DNA of 64,000 nucleotides from NCBI GenBank assembly GCA_963809485.1, contig CAWEJX010000001.1:320001-384000 (forward strand). The letters run 5' to 3'. The translations under genes were made by a program, and so were the position numbers. Of the stretch, positions 10,240-19,084 are shown one piece after another. This stretch comes from an uncultured Acidobacteriota bacterium. GTDB taxonomy: Bacteria > Acidobacteriota > UBA6911. Positions within the stretch are counted from its first letter, which is position 1. Every line of letters begins with the position of its first letter. The notes beneath the pieces are model-generated. The model searched no databases. It worked only from the letters and a program-made list of their open reading frames with translations, and was not told the DNA's origin.

Positions 10240-10605
10240 ATGACAAGCTCGAAAAGCCCCCATTCGATCACACTCGAAGAAGTGAGAAAGCTGCTGGAAG
10301 CAGAGGTGCTTAACGGCAACGACCTCTCGATAAAAGTCGCGGCTGTCGGAGCTGCGGACTTGCTGAGCGACGTGCTCAATACAAGCAAGACGGGAACACT
10401 GCTTTTAACCGGACTGGTCAGCCCACAAGTAATAAGGACTGCCATCGTGGCTGACCTCTGCGGCGTGGTTTTTGTACGCGGGAAGAAGCCCGGGGATGAG
10501 ATTCTCGCGCTCGCGCGGGAATCGAAAATTCCGGTTCTCGGCACGCGGCTCAAGATGTTTGAAGCCGCGGGGCGCCTATACACGGCAATTTCAGGGAACC
10601 GATGA
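10240..10605 (+). CDS. DRTGG-domain protein (hydrogenase regulatory cassette)
   Basis: AADLLSDVL...LLLTGL...VIRTA...VFVRGK pattern. Confidence 0.8.
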   Translation: MTSSKSPHSITLEEVRKLLEAEVLNGNDLSIKVAAVGAADLLSDVLNTSKTGTLLLTGLVSPQVIRTAIVADLCGVVFVRGKKPGDEILALARESKIPVLGTRLKMFEAAGRLYTAISGNR

Positions 10606-11033
10606 TGCATGAGGCATTCGAAAGTGTATATAACGTCCTGGGAAGGGACTTCTCCAATGCCGGAAAGGTTTCCACATCCATCAAGGATACGCTCAAGCGC
10701 CTTGGCGTCAGCCCCACGGTGGTGCGCCGCGTCGCAATCGTGTCCTACGAGGCAGAGATGAACCTGGTCATGTATGCGCATCGGGGAAGGGTCTCGCTCA
10801 GTGTCAGCCCGGATGCGGTGACGCTCAGCATCGACGATGAGGGGCCGGGGATCCCGAATATAGATCTCGCAATGCAGGAAGGCTACTCCACGGCTACTCC
10901 CGAAATGAGGGAAATGGGGTTCGGCGCGGGCATGGGGTTGCCGAACATTAAAAAAAACGCGGATGAATTTGACATCCGCTCCGAAGTCGGTCAAGGCACA
11001 AGCCTTTTCATTCGTGTAAGACAGGCTGCATAG
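10602..11033 (+). CDS. Anti-sigma-factor-like Ser/Thr kinase (RsbT-like GHKL)
   Basis: YEAEMN, DEGPGI, AMQEGYSTA, GFGAGMGLPN. Confidence 0.88.
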   Translation: MMHEAFESVYNVLGRDFSNAGKVSTSIKDTLKRLGVSPTVVRRVAIVSYEAEMNLVMYAHRGRVSLSVSPDAVTLSIDDEGPGIPNIDLAMQEGYSTATPEMREMGFGAGMGLPNIKKNADEFDIRSEVGQGTSLFIRVRQAA

Positions 11034-11039
11034 ACGATA

Positions 11040-12359
11040 ATGGCCCAATACCATCATTCATTGCGTTTTGATCCCGAAAGATGCGAAGGATGCATGTCCT
11101 GCATGCGCGCCTGCCCGACGGCGGCTGTGCGCATCCGCAAAGGCCGGGCCGTAAAACTAGCGGACCGGTGCATCGATTGCGGCGAGTGCATCCGGGTCTG
11201 TCCGCGGGCGGCGATCGTGCCCCTGACAGACCAGATGGCCGACCTGTCCAATTTCGAGCTGAAGGTGGCAATTCCCTCGCCTGCGTTGTACTCCCAGTTC
11301 GACTCGGAAGTTTTCCCGAGCATGATCTTTTCAGCGCTGAAACAATGCGGCTTCGACGACGTCGAGAGCGTTTCCCCCGCCTGCGACGCCGTGACCATTG
11401 CCACGGAGATTTTCCTGAACGAATATCGCGGCGAATACCCGCTGATTTCATCCTTTTGCCCGACAGTCGTCCGCCTCCTTCAGGTCAAGTATCCCGAGCT
11501 GGTAGATCAGCTTCTGCCCGTGCTGGCGCCCAGGGAAATTTCAGCCCGGGATGCGAAGGCGCGCAAATCCAGGGAAACAGGGCTGCCGTCCGAAAAAATC
11601 GGAGCCATCTACATCACGCCGTGTCCCTCCAAGATCGTCGCGATCCTGGAACATCCGGGGATGCGCCGATCCTACCTCGATGCCGCGGTATCCATAAGCG
11701 ATCTGTTCCAGACTCTGGCCGCTGCCGTGTCAAGGATTCAGGAGACCGAGCCTAACATCGACACTGTAGAATCGGCTTCGGGCCTCAGCTGGTCATTCCT
11801 GGAGAAGTTTCCACGGTCGCTGCCTGCGGAAAACACCCTGTCGGTTGCCGGACTGCCGAACGTCATACGGATCCTGGATGACATCGAAAAGGGGCGGCTG
11901 CGCAAATACCGGTACATTGAATGCCACGCTTGCCCCGAAGGATGCGTGGGAGGATGCCTTACTGTCGAAAATCCCTATCTGGCGCGCGGAAAGGCGATCA
12001 AGCTGCAGCAAAGCCTGCCTGCCGGGTGCATTGTGGACAGGCGCGAGGTCGAAGTTTCCTACCGGAAGAAGGAATTTTTAATGGATGAATACCTCGCAGG
12101 CCGTCCGTTGCGGCCATTGGATGCGGATATTTCGGCGGCCATTCATAAAATGAAGGAGCGGGACCGTATTTATGCAGACCTCCCAAAAATCGATTGCGGA
12201 GCTTGTGGCGCGCCTTCTTGCCGGGCATTCGCCGAAGACGTCGTGCTGGGAGAAGCCGACAAGGCTTCCTGCGTTTTTTTCTGGCAGAGAGATCTTGAGA
12301 ATCGCATTGAGCAGCTTGCCGACTTGGTCAGGACTCAAAAGCGAAGCATCGGAGGGTAA
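11040..12359 (+). CDS. [FeFe]-hydrogenase-like Fe-S protein (putative sensory type): N-terminal 2x[4Fe-4S], H-cluster-like domain, C-terminal FeS domain
   Basis: Ferredoxin motifs; variant H-cluster motifs SSFCP / ITPCPSK / ECHACPEGCVGG; C-terminal DCGACGAPSC. Confidence 0.82.
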   Translation: MAQYHHSLRFDPERCEGCMSCMRACPTAAVRIRKGRAVKLADRCIDCGECIRVCPRAAIVPLTDQMADLSNFELKVAIPSPALYSQFDSEVFPSMIFSALKQCGFDDVESVSPACDAVTIATEIFLNEYRGEYPLISSFCPTVVRLLQVKYPELVDQLLPVLAPREISARDAKARKSRETGLPSEKIGAIYITPCPSKIVAILEHPGMRRSYLDAAVSISDLFQTLAAAVSRIQETEPNIDTVESASGLSWSFLEKFPRSLPAENTLSVAGLPNVIRILDDIEKGRLRKYRYIECHACPEGCVGGCLTVENPYLARGKAIKLQQSLPAGCIVDRREVEVSYRKKEFLMDEYLAGRPLRPLDADISAAIHKMKERDRIYADLPKIDCGACGAPSCRAFAEDVVLGEADKASCVFFWQRDLENRIEQLADLVRTQKRSIGG

Positions 12360-12361
12360 CC

Positions 12362-12712
12362 GTGAACATCGCTGATGCCGCAAAAAAGATCGACGGAACC
12401 ATAGTGGCCGGGACCGGAGCTGCCGGTCGTGAGATTCAGGGCGGCTATGCTTCGGATCTGCTCTCGGACGTCATGGGAAACAGCCGGGAGGGCGATATAT
12501 GGGTGACGATGCAGAAGCATGTGAACATCGTCGCCGTCGCCCAGCTGAACGGCCTGGCGGCAATTGTGCTGGTTAACGGGCGGGTGCCTGAGCCGGACAC
12601 GCTGTCCAGAGCCGAAGAAATGGCAATCCCGATCATATCCACTCCGCTGCAGGCTTTTGATGTCATCGGCATTCTATACGGTTTGGATATTCGCGGAAGG
12701 AGGCCCGTCTGA
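12362..12712 (+). CDS. DRTGG / HPr-kinase N-terminal-like protein
   Basis: GGYASDLLSDVMGN...WVTMQKHVNIVAVA pattern; GTG start after GGAGG. Confidence 0.8.
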   Translation: MNIADAAKKIDGTIVAGTGAAGREIQGGYASDLLSDVMGNSREGDIWVTMQKHVNIVAVAQLNGLAAIVLVNGRVPEPDTLSRAEEMAIPIISTPLQAFDVIGILYGLDIRGRRPV

Positions 12713-12714
12713 GG

Positions 12715-14013
12715 GTGTTCATGGTCGATACACACATTCACACCTGCCTCTCACCTTGTGCGGAGCTGGACATGCATCCGGCGGCGCTGATCGATGCCGC
12801 CGTCTGCGCGGGGCTGGATTCCATCGCCATATGCGACCACAACTCGGCCGAGAACGCCGGTGCGGTTCAGCGCGCCGGGCTTGCGGCGGGGCTGGCCGTC
12901 ATCCCCGGGATGGAAATCACCAGTGCAGAGGAAGTTCACATCCTGGGGCTGCTGCCCGACCTGGAATCCGCAATGGCTCTCCAGTCCAAAGTTTACAGGT
13001 CGCTGCCCGGGCGAAACGACGAAAATACATTCGGGATGCAGGTCGTGGCGAATGAGTTCGCCGAAGTCCTCGGATTCAATGAGCACTTGCTCGCGGGAGC
13101 GACAACTCTGAGCCTCGAGGCGGTTGTGGCGGCGATTCACTCCGTGGATGGACTGGCTGTAGCTTCCCACGTGGACCGGGAAGGTTTTGGAATCATCGGC
13201 CAGCTGGGCTTCATTCCCCCGGAACTGCCCCTGGATGCGATCGAAATATCGCAGCGAATGCCGCTGACCCGGGCGCGGGCAACCTACGCTCCCAGAGGGG
13301 AGCACCCGATTCTCTGCGCATCCGACGCCCATGAACCCAAGGATATCGCACGGGCGGCGACCTATATCCTGATGGAGCAGGCCACTCTGCAGGAACTGCG
13401 CCGGGCCCTGACCGGAGAGGGAGGGCGCACAATTCTCGGCGGAGGAAGGCCCATGGAAGATCTTGCATTGCACATCCTGGATATAGTGCAGAACAGTCTG
13501 GAGGCCGGCGCGGCGATGATCGAGATCGGGATTAGCGAGGATCCAGGGGAAGACCGGATGACGATCGAAGTCCGGGACAACGGACGCGGAATGGATCCGG
13601 AAACCGTCGCGAAAGTCACCGATCCGTTTTTCACCACGCGAACAACCCGCAGGGTCGGCATGGGGCTTCCCCTTCTGGCCGCCGCAGCCAAAGCGGCCGG
13701 GGGAGAGCTTACCGTCGATTCAAAGCCCGGATCGGGGACACTTATCCGCGCGACCTTCCAGCACGGTCACATGGACAGGGCGCCGCTGGGCGATATCGAA
13801 ACGACTCTGATGGTGCTCCTGGCGGGTCAGCCGGACCGGAACATATGCTTCAGGCACCGGGTGAATGACCGGGAATTCGAGCTGGATTCCCGGGATTTCC
13901 TCGCGGCGGACATTGATCTGTCCTCGCCGATCGGGCTGGCGATTTTACGGGAGGCGATCCGTAAAGGCGAGGCCGGCTTGCAGTTTTCCGTACACGGCCG
14001 CCGTGGAGTGTAG
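12715..14013 (+). CDS. PHP-domain phosphoesterase fused to a stand-alone HATPase_c (histidine-kinase-like) domain
   Basis: DTHIHTCLSPC, CDHNS, SDAH (PHP), then MEDLALHILDIVQNS, DNGRGM, DPFFTT, GMGL (GHKL). Confidence 0.85.
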   Translation: MFMVDTHIHTCLSPCAELDMHPAALIDAAVCAGLDSIAICDHNSAENAGAVQRAGLAAGLAVIPGMEITSAEEVHILGLLPDLESAMALQSKVYRSLPGRNDENTFGMQVVANEFAEVLGFNEHLLAGATTLSLEAVVAAIHSVDGLAVASHVDREGFGIIGQLGFIPPELPLDAIEISQRMPLTRARATYAPRGEHPILCASDAHEPKDIARAATYILMEQATLQELRRALTGEGGRTILGGGRPMEDLALHILDIVQNSLEAGAAMIEIGISEDPGEDRMTIEVRDNGRGMDPETVAKVTDPFFTTRTTRRVGMGLPLLAAAAKAAGGELTVDSKPGSGTLIRATFQHGHMDRAPLGDIETTLMVLLAGQPDRNICFRHRVNDREFELDSRDFLAADIDLSSPIGLAILREAIRKGEAGLQFSVHGRRGV

Positions 14014-14090
14014 GAAATGCCATTAACTGCGCCGGACGGAGTCGGCACCCCGTCCTTAGACAGAGCGCGATCAGTGAATCGGAGGCAAAT

Positions 14091-14597
14091 ATGGTTGATG
14101 TTTCGAAGGTAAAGGAAATCCTGGATCGGCACGGTGCGAAGCGCGAGCGCATGATTGCCATACTGCTCGACTGCCAGGAGGAATATTATCACCTGCCACG
14201 CGAAGTGCTGGAAGCAGTCTCGGCAGGAGTCAATATCCCCCTGGCATCGGTCCTGGCGATCGCGACCTTCTTTAAGGCCTTCAGCCTAAAACCAATCGGG
14301 CGCTATCCGATCCGCGTCTGCAACGGTACAGCCTGCAACATCAAGGGCGGACCTCTGCTGGTGGATGCCTTGGAGCGCGAACTGAAGATCAAGAAGGGAG
14401 ACACGACAGCGGACAACCTGTTCGGGCTGGACACGCTGAACTGCGTCGGCTGCTGCGGACTGGCTCCGGTCATCACGGTGGGCCAGGACGTGCACGGGAA
14501 AGTGAAGATATCCTCCATACCCAAGATGGTTAAGCAATACCGTCCGAAGGACCGGACGGATTCGAAGGAGGGGCAAGATGGCGAGACTGTCCATTGA
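14091..14597 (+). CDS. NuoE/HydC/HndA-like [2Fe-2S] subunit
   Basis: VCNGTAC...NCVGCCGLAPV thioredoxin-like [2Fe-2S] motif. Confidence 0.92.
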   Translation: MVDVSKVKEILDRHGAKRERMIAILLDCQEEYYHLPREVLEAVSAGVNIPLASVLAIATFFKAFSLKPIGRYPIRVCNGTACNIKGGPLLVDALERELKIKKGDTTADNLFGLDTLNCVGCCGLAPVITVGQDVHGKVKISSIPKMVKQYRPKDRTDSKEGQDGETVH

Positions 14598-14961
14598 TGA
14601 CCTGAAGAAAATCCGGGAGGACGCAAAGCGCACATTGACTCTGAGATCGGGCGAAGCGCGCGCCAAGGTTACCATTCACATGGGCACCTGCGGCATTTCC
14701 GCAGGTGCGCGCAATGTCATGGGCGCCCTGCTGAAAGCGATTGAAGACCTCAAAATAACCGACGTGATTGTCACGACTTCTGGCTGCGCCGGACTGTGCA
14801 GCCGGGAGCCGATGGCGACAGTCGAAATTGCGGGTCAGACCCCCGTAAAATACGCGGACCTGAAACCCGAGTCCATCGTGAGAGTGCTCAAGGATCATGT
14901 TCTCGAGGGCAAAATTGTCACCGAGTATGCCCTCGCAAGCGGCTGTGAAACTACCGGCTAG
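14578..14961 (+). CDS. Thioredoxin-like [2Fe-2S] ferredoxin (HndB/HydD-like)
   Basis: MGTCGISAGAR...SGCAGLCSREP; lies between nuoE-like and nuoF-like genes. Confidence 0.88.
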   Translation: MARLSIDDLKKIREDAKRTLTLRSGEARAKVTIHMGTCGISAGARNVMGALLKAIEDLKITDVIVTTSGCAGLCSREPMATVEIAGQTPVKYADLKPESIVRVLKDHVLEGKIVTEYALASGCETTG

Positions 14962-14978
14962 ACAGCCGGCTGGGAGGT

Positions 14979-16829
14979 GTGAATATCATGGCATTCCGCA
15001 CACATGTGTTGGTTTGCGCAGGAACCGGATGCGTTTCCGGCAACTCTTACGCAACGGCAACGGCTCTTGAAACCGAAATTTTTAAAAAAGGCCTCGCACA
15101 GGAAGTACAGGTCATCCGGACGGGTTGCCAGGGATTCTGCGCTGAAGGCCCCATCGTCATCGTGCAGCCGGATGGGGTTTTCTATTGCGGCGTCAAAGCG
15201 AAGGATGCGCCTTTCCTTGTCGAAGAACATCTCGTAAAGGGCCGGCCCGTTAAAAAGCTGATGTATACGCCGCCTGAGACCAAGGGCCCGATTCCGGCAC
15301 TGAAGGAAATTCCTTTCTTCGCCAAACAGAAACTGGTGGTGCTCAGGAACCGGGGCGTCATCGATCCGGAAAAAATCGATGATTACATCGCGGTGGACGG
15401 CTACACGGCGATTGAAAAGGCTTTGTTCCAGATGACTCCGGAACAGATCATCTCGGAGATCAAGCGATCAGGACTGCGCGGCCGCGGCGGCGGCGGATTT
15501 CCGGCCGGTGTCAAGTGGGAGACATGCCGCCATGCCGCACAGCACCGCGGCGTGGAACCGGTGATCGTGTGCAATGCCGACGAGGGGGATCCCGGCGCCT
15601 TCATGGACCGCAGCATTATCGAAAGCGATCCGCATTCTGTGATCGAGGGAATGATCATTGGCGCCCGGGCGATCGGATGCAAGGAGGGATTTGTTTATAT
15701 CCGCCGAGAGTATCCCATCGCACGGGAGCGCCTTCTGAAAGCCCTGGAACAGGCGCGCGCATACGGCCTCCTCGGCACCGATATCCTGGGCAGCGGGATG
15801 GATTTCGACATAGAGATCGTCCAGGGTGCCGGAGCTTTCGTATGCGGCGAGTCCACGGCCCTGATGGCTTCCCTGGAAGGGAATGTCGGGGAGCCGAGAG
15901 CTAAATATATCCATACTGTCGAGTATGGATACAAGAACCGCCCGACAAATCTCAACAACGTGGAAACCTGGGCCAACGTGCCGCTGATCATAAACCGCGG
16001 CGCGCACTGGTTCGGCTCGATGGGAACCGGCAGCGTCGCCGAAAACCCGTGGAGCGGCAGCAGCGGAACAAAAGTCTTCTCGATGGTCGGGAAGATCAAC
16101 AACACAGGCCTGATCGAAGTCCCTATGGGCATCTCGCTGCGCGAGATAATTTTCGACATCGGCGGAGGGATCCCCGGAGGCAGAAAGTTTAAGGCCGTTC
16201 AGACCGGAGGGCCTTCCGGCGGTTGTCTGCCTGAATCCCACCTCGACATGCCCGTCGATTTCGACAGCCTGACGGAAGCGGGTTCCATGATGGGCTCGGG
16301 CGGGATGATCGTGATGGACGACCAGACCTGCATGGTGGATGTGGCCCGCTACTTCATTGCCTTCCTGACAGAGGAGTCGTGCGGCAAATGCTCCCCCTGC
16401 CGTGAGGGACTCAGAACCTCCCTCGATGTCCTCGACCGGATCACCCAGGGCAAGGGAGCGCCGGGCGACATTGAGCTGCTCCAGGAAATTGCAGAGGTCA
16501 TGCAGGACTGCTGCCTCTGCGCCCTCGGGACCTCGGCGCCGAATCCCGTTCTCTCGACCCTCCGCTACTTTAAGGATGAGTACGATGCGCACATCAAAGA
16601 GCATCGCTGCCCGGGTGGAGTCTGCAAGGAACTGATCGAATACACCATCGATCCTGATAAATGCGACGGATGCCACGCCTGCGTGCGGGGTTGCTCGGTA
16701 CAGGCTATTACGGGTGATGTAAAGAAAACTCATACACTGGACAAGGCCAAGTGCATCAAATGCGGGGCGTGTATCGAAGCCTGCAAGCGTGATGCAGTCC
16801 AGAAGGTACCCAGGAGCTATGCGGCATGA
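14979..16829 (+). CDS. NuoF/HydB/HndC-like FMN- and NAD(P)H-binding subunit with N-terminal [2Fe-2S] and C-terminal 2x[4Fe-4S]
   Basis: RGRGGGGFP, NADEGDPGAFMDR, GGPSGGC, ESCGKCSPCREG, HRCPGGVC, two C-terminal ferredoxin motifs. Confidence 0.95.
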   Translation: MNIMAFRTHVLVCAGTGCVSGNSYATATALETEIFKKGLAQEVQVIRTGCQGFCAEGPIVIVQPDGVFYCGVKAKDAPFLVEEHLVKGRPVKKLMYTPPETKGPIPALKEIPFFAKQKLVVLRNRGVIDPEKIDDYIAVDGYTAIEKALFQMTPEQIISEIKRSGLRGRGGGGFPAGVKWETCRHAAQHRGVEPVIVCNADEGDPGAFMDRSIIESDPHSVIEGMIIGARAIGCKEGFVYIRREYPIARERLLKALEQARAYGLLGTDILGSGMDFDIEIVQGAGAFVCGESTALMASLEGNVGEPRAKYIHTVEYGYKNRPTNLNNVETWANVPLIINRGAHWFGSMGTGSVAENPWSGSSGTKVFSMVGKINNTGLIEVPMGISLREIIFDIGGGIPGGRKFKAVQTGGPSGGCLPESHLDMPVDFDSLTEAGSMMGSGGMIVMDDQTCMVDVARYFIAFLTEESCGKCSPCREGLRTSLDVLDRITQGKGAPGDIELLQEIAEVMQDCCLCALGTSAPNPVLSTLRYFKDEYDAHIKEHRCPGGVCKELIEYTIDPDKCDGCHACVRGCSVQAITGDVKKTHTLDKAKCIKCGACIEACKRDAVQKVPRSYAA

Positions 16830-18583
16830 AAACCATCAAAATTAAGATCGACGATATCGAAACCGAAGCCGAGGACAGGACACCGATCCTCTCCATTGCG
16901 CAGAAACTCGGGATCAAGATCCCGACCCTGTGTCACCACCCGCTCCTGGAGCCATACGGCGTCTGCCGCATATGTACCGTCGAGGTAAGATCCGGCAAAC
17001 GTGTCCGCATGGTGACGGCGTGCAATTACCCCGCAACCAACGGCATCGAGGTTCTGACGAATTCGCCCCGCGTCCGGCGCGACCGGAGACTGATCCTCGA
17101 GTGGATGATGGCACGCTGCGGGCATGTCAAAGTCATCGAGGATCTGGCTGCAGAGTACGGCATCAAAGAACCCAGGTTCGGGCGCGGCGACGATGACTGC
17201 ATCCTGTGCGGGCTGTGCGTGCGCGTATGTTCTGATGTCGTCGGCGCCAATGTGCTCGGCTTCTTCAACCGCGGAGCGACGCGCGAGGTTTCGACTGCCT
17301 ATGGCGAAACCTCGGACAAATGCATCGCGTGCGGGTCCTGCGCTTTCGTATGCCCGACAGGAGCGATTCAGATAGAAAACGACTCGGCCCTGGTCCGCGA
17401 GGCTCTTCCGCTCGGTCCGCTGACTCCCATTCACGTCCCCTTCCTGCAGGCTGTGCCGCACCAGCCGGTAATCGATCGCGACTCCTGCATCCATTTCAAG
17501 ACCGGTGGATGCAAGGTCTGCGAAAAAGTCTGCGAGGTCAAGGCTGTGAATCATGCCCAGGAGGATGTGATCGAAAATATCGAGGTTGGAGCGGTTATCC
17601 TCGCCACAGGCTTTCAGCAGTTCGATGCCAAAAGAGTCTCGGAATACGGCTACGGCGTCTACCCGAATGTATTGACCGGCCTCGAGTTCGAAAAGATGAA
17701 CAGCGCTTCGGGCCCGACCGGTGGACAGATTATGCTGCAAAACGGGCAGGCGCCGAAAAGCGTGGGCATTATCCACTGCGTCGGAAGCCGCGACGAGCGC
17801 AACAATAAGTACTGCTCCCGCGTCTGCTGCATGTACGCATTGAAGTTCGCCCACCTGATCAAGGAAAAGACCGGAGCGGACGTGTATAACTTTTACATCG
17901 ACATGCGCTGCTTCGGGAAGGGCTACGAGGAATTCTATCACCGCCTGCTCGAGGAAGACGTGCGCTTCATCCGCGGACGCGCCGCGGCGATCACGGATTT
18001 CCCGTTCAACGAGCAGGAAGTCGGCAAACTGATCATCCGTGTGGAAGACACATTGATCGGCCAGGTGCGGCGCGTCCCTGTCGACATGGCCATCCTGGCT
18101 ACCGGCCTTGAGCCGGCGGCGGACGCCACGGATGTCGCCCATACTTTCAACATAAGCTGCGGTGGCGGATTCTTCACGGAACGGCATCCGAAACTTGCTC
18201 CGGTGTCCACCCCAACGGACGGCATATTTATTGCGGGCACGTGCCAGGGCCCGAAAGACATCCCTGATACGGTTGCACAGGCTGGCGCCGCCGCGTCCGC
18301 AGTCCAGTCCCTCATATCCAGGGGGGAGATCGAGGTTGAGTCGGCCACCAGCGTAGTGGATGCGGAAAAGTGCTCAGGCTGCCGACTCTGCAACACTCTC
18401 TGTTCGCTCTCGGCCATCACATTTGACGAAGAGAAAAAGGTCACCGTTATTAATGATGTATTGTGCAAGGGATGCGGCACCTGTGCCGCCGCGTGCCCCA
18501 GCAGCGCCATTCTGGCGCGGCACTTCACCGATGAACAGTTGTTCTCCGAAATAGAAGGGGTGCTGTATGACGTTCGAGCCTAA
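16826..18583 (+). CDS. hdrA: Fusion of a NuoG/HydA-type N-terminal Fe-S domain ([2Fe-2S] + 2x[4Fe-4S]) with the C-terminal half of HdrA
   Basis: IPTLCHH..GVCRICTVE..TACN, CILCGLCVRVC, CIACGSCAFVCP, then HdrA motifs PFLQAVP, ILATG, CVGSRD, YCSRVCCMYALK, GTCQGPKDI and C-terminal ferredoxin. Confidence 0.9.
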   Translation: MKTIKIKIDDIETEAEDRTPILSIAQKLGIKIPTLCHHPLLEPYGVCRICTVEVRSGKRVRMVTACNYPATNGIEVLTNSPRVRRDRRLILEWMMARCGHVKVIEDLAAEYGIKEPRFGRGDDDCILCGLCVRVCSDVVGANVLGFFNRGATREVSTAYGETSDKCIACGSCAFVCPTGAIQIENDSALVREALPLGPLTPIHVPFLQAVPHQPVIDRDSCIHFKTGGCKVCEKVCEVKAVNHAQEDVIENIEVGAVILATGFQQFDAKRVSEYGYGVYPNVLTGLEFEKMNSASGPTGGQIMLQNGQAPKSVGIIHCVGSRDERNNKYCSRVCCMYALKFAHLIKEKTGADVYNFYIDMRCFGKGYEEFYHRLLEEDVRFIRGRAAAITDFPFNEQEVGKLIIRVEDTLIGQVRRVPVDMAILATGLEPAADATDVAHTFNISCGGGFFTERHPKLAPVSTPTDGIFIAGTCQGPKDIPDTVAQAGAAASAVQSLISRGEIEVESATSVVDAEKCSGCRLCNTLCSLSAITFDEEKKVTVINDVLCKGCGTCAAACPSSAILARHFTDEQLFSEIEGVLYDVRA

Positions 18584-19007
18584 AATCGTTGGCATTCTCT
18601 GTAACTGGTGTTCCTACACCGGCGCGGATCTGGCGGGCACATCCCGCATCAAGTATTCACCAAACGTCCGGGTCGTCCGCGTCATGTGCTCCGGCAGGGT
18701 CGATCCCACCTTCATCCTGAAGGCGTTTGCCGACGGCGCGGACGGCGTGCTGGTGGCGGGCTGCCATCCCGGCGACTGCCATTACATCGAAGGGAATTAT
18801 AAGACCATTCGCCGCATGGCCCTTCTGAAGCACATGCTGGCGGACTACGGAATAGAGCCGGAGCGGTTTCGACTGGAATGGGTGTCGGCAGGCGAAGGAG
18901 ATCGTTGGGCTCATGTGGTCAATGCAATCACCGAAGATGTTCGGAAACTTGGGCCTACCAAAATAAAGCCACGGGCCAGAAAAAAGACATCTTCATCAGC
19001 GGCATAA
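18567..19007 (+). CDS. mvhD: Methyl-viologen-reducing hydrogenase delta subunit MvhD/FlpD
   Basis: LCNWCSYTGADLAG, VMCSGRVDP, GCHPGDCHY. Confidence 0.95.
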   Translation: MTFEPKIVGILCNWCSYTGADLAGTSRIKYSPNVRVVRVMCSGRVDPTFILKAFADGADGVLVAGCHPGDCHYIEGNYKTIRRMALLKHMLADYGIEPERFRLEWVSAGEGDRWAHVVNAITEDVRKLGPTKIKPRARKKTSSSAA

Positions 19008-19084
19008 GGGACATTAAGATGCGGTCGCAAGTCGCAAACCTGAGACCTGGGACCTGGGACTGAATTTTGAAAGTGGAGGCATGG

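Noticed and set aside
11040-12359. Catalytic HydA of a bifurcating [FeFe] hydrogenase
   Set aside because: P1 motif is SSFCP rather than TSCCP, it lacks the HydA N-terminal domains, and it lies in the regulatory cassette position.
14091-16829. Respiratory complex I nuoEF
   Set aside because: No membrane nuo genes nearby; the extra N- and C-terminal Fe-S domains indicate the HydBC/Hnd type.
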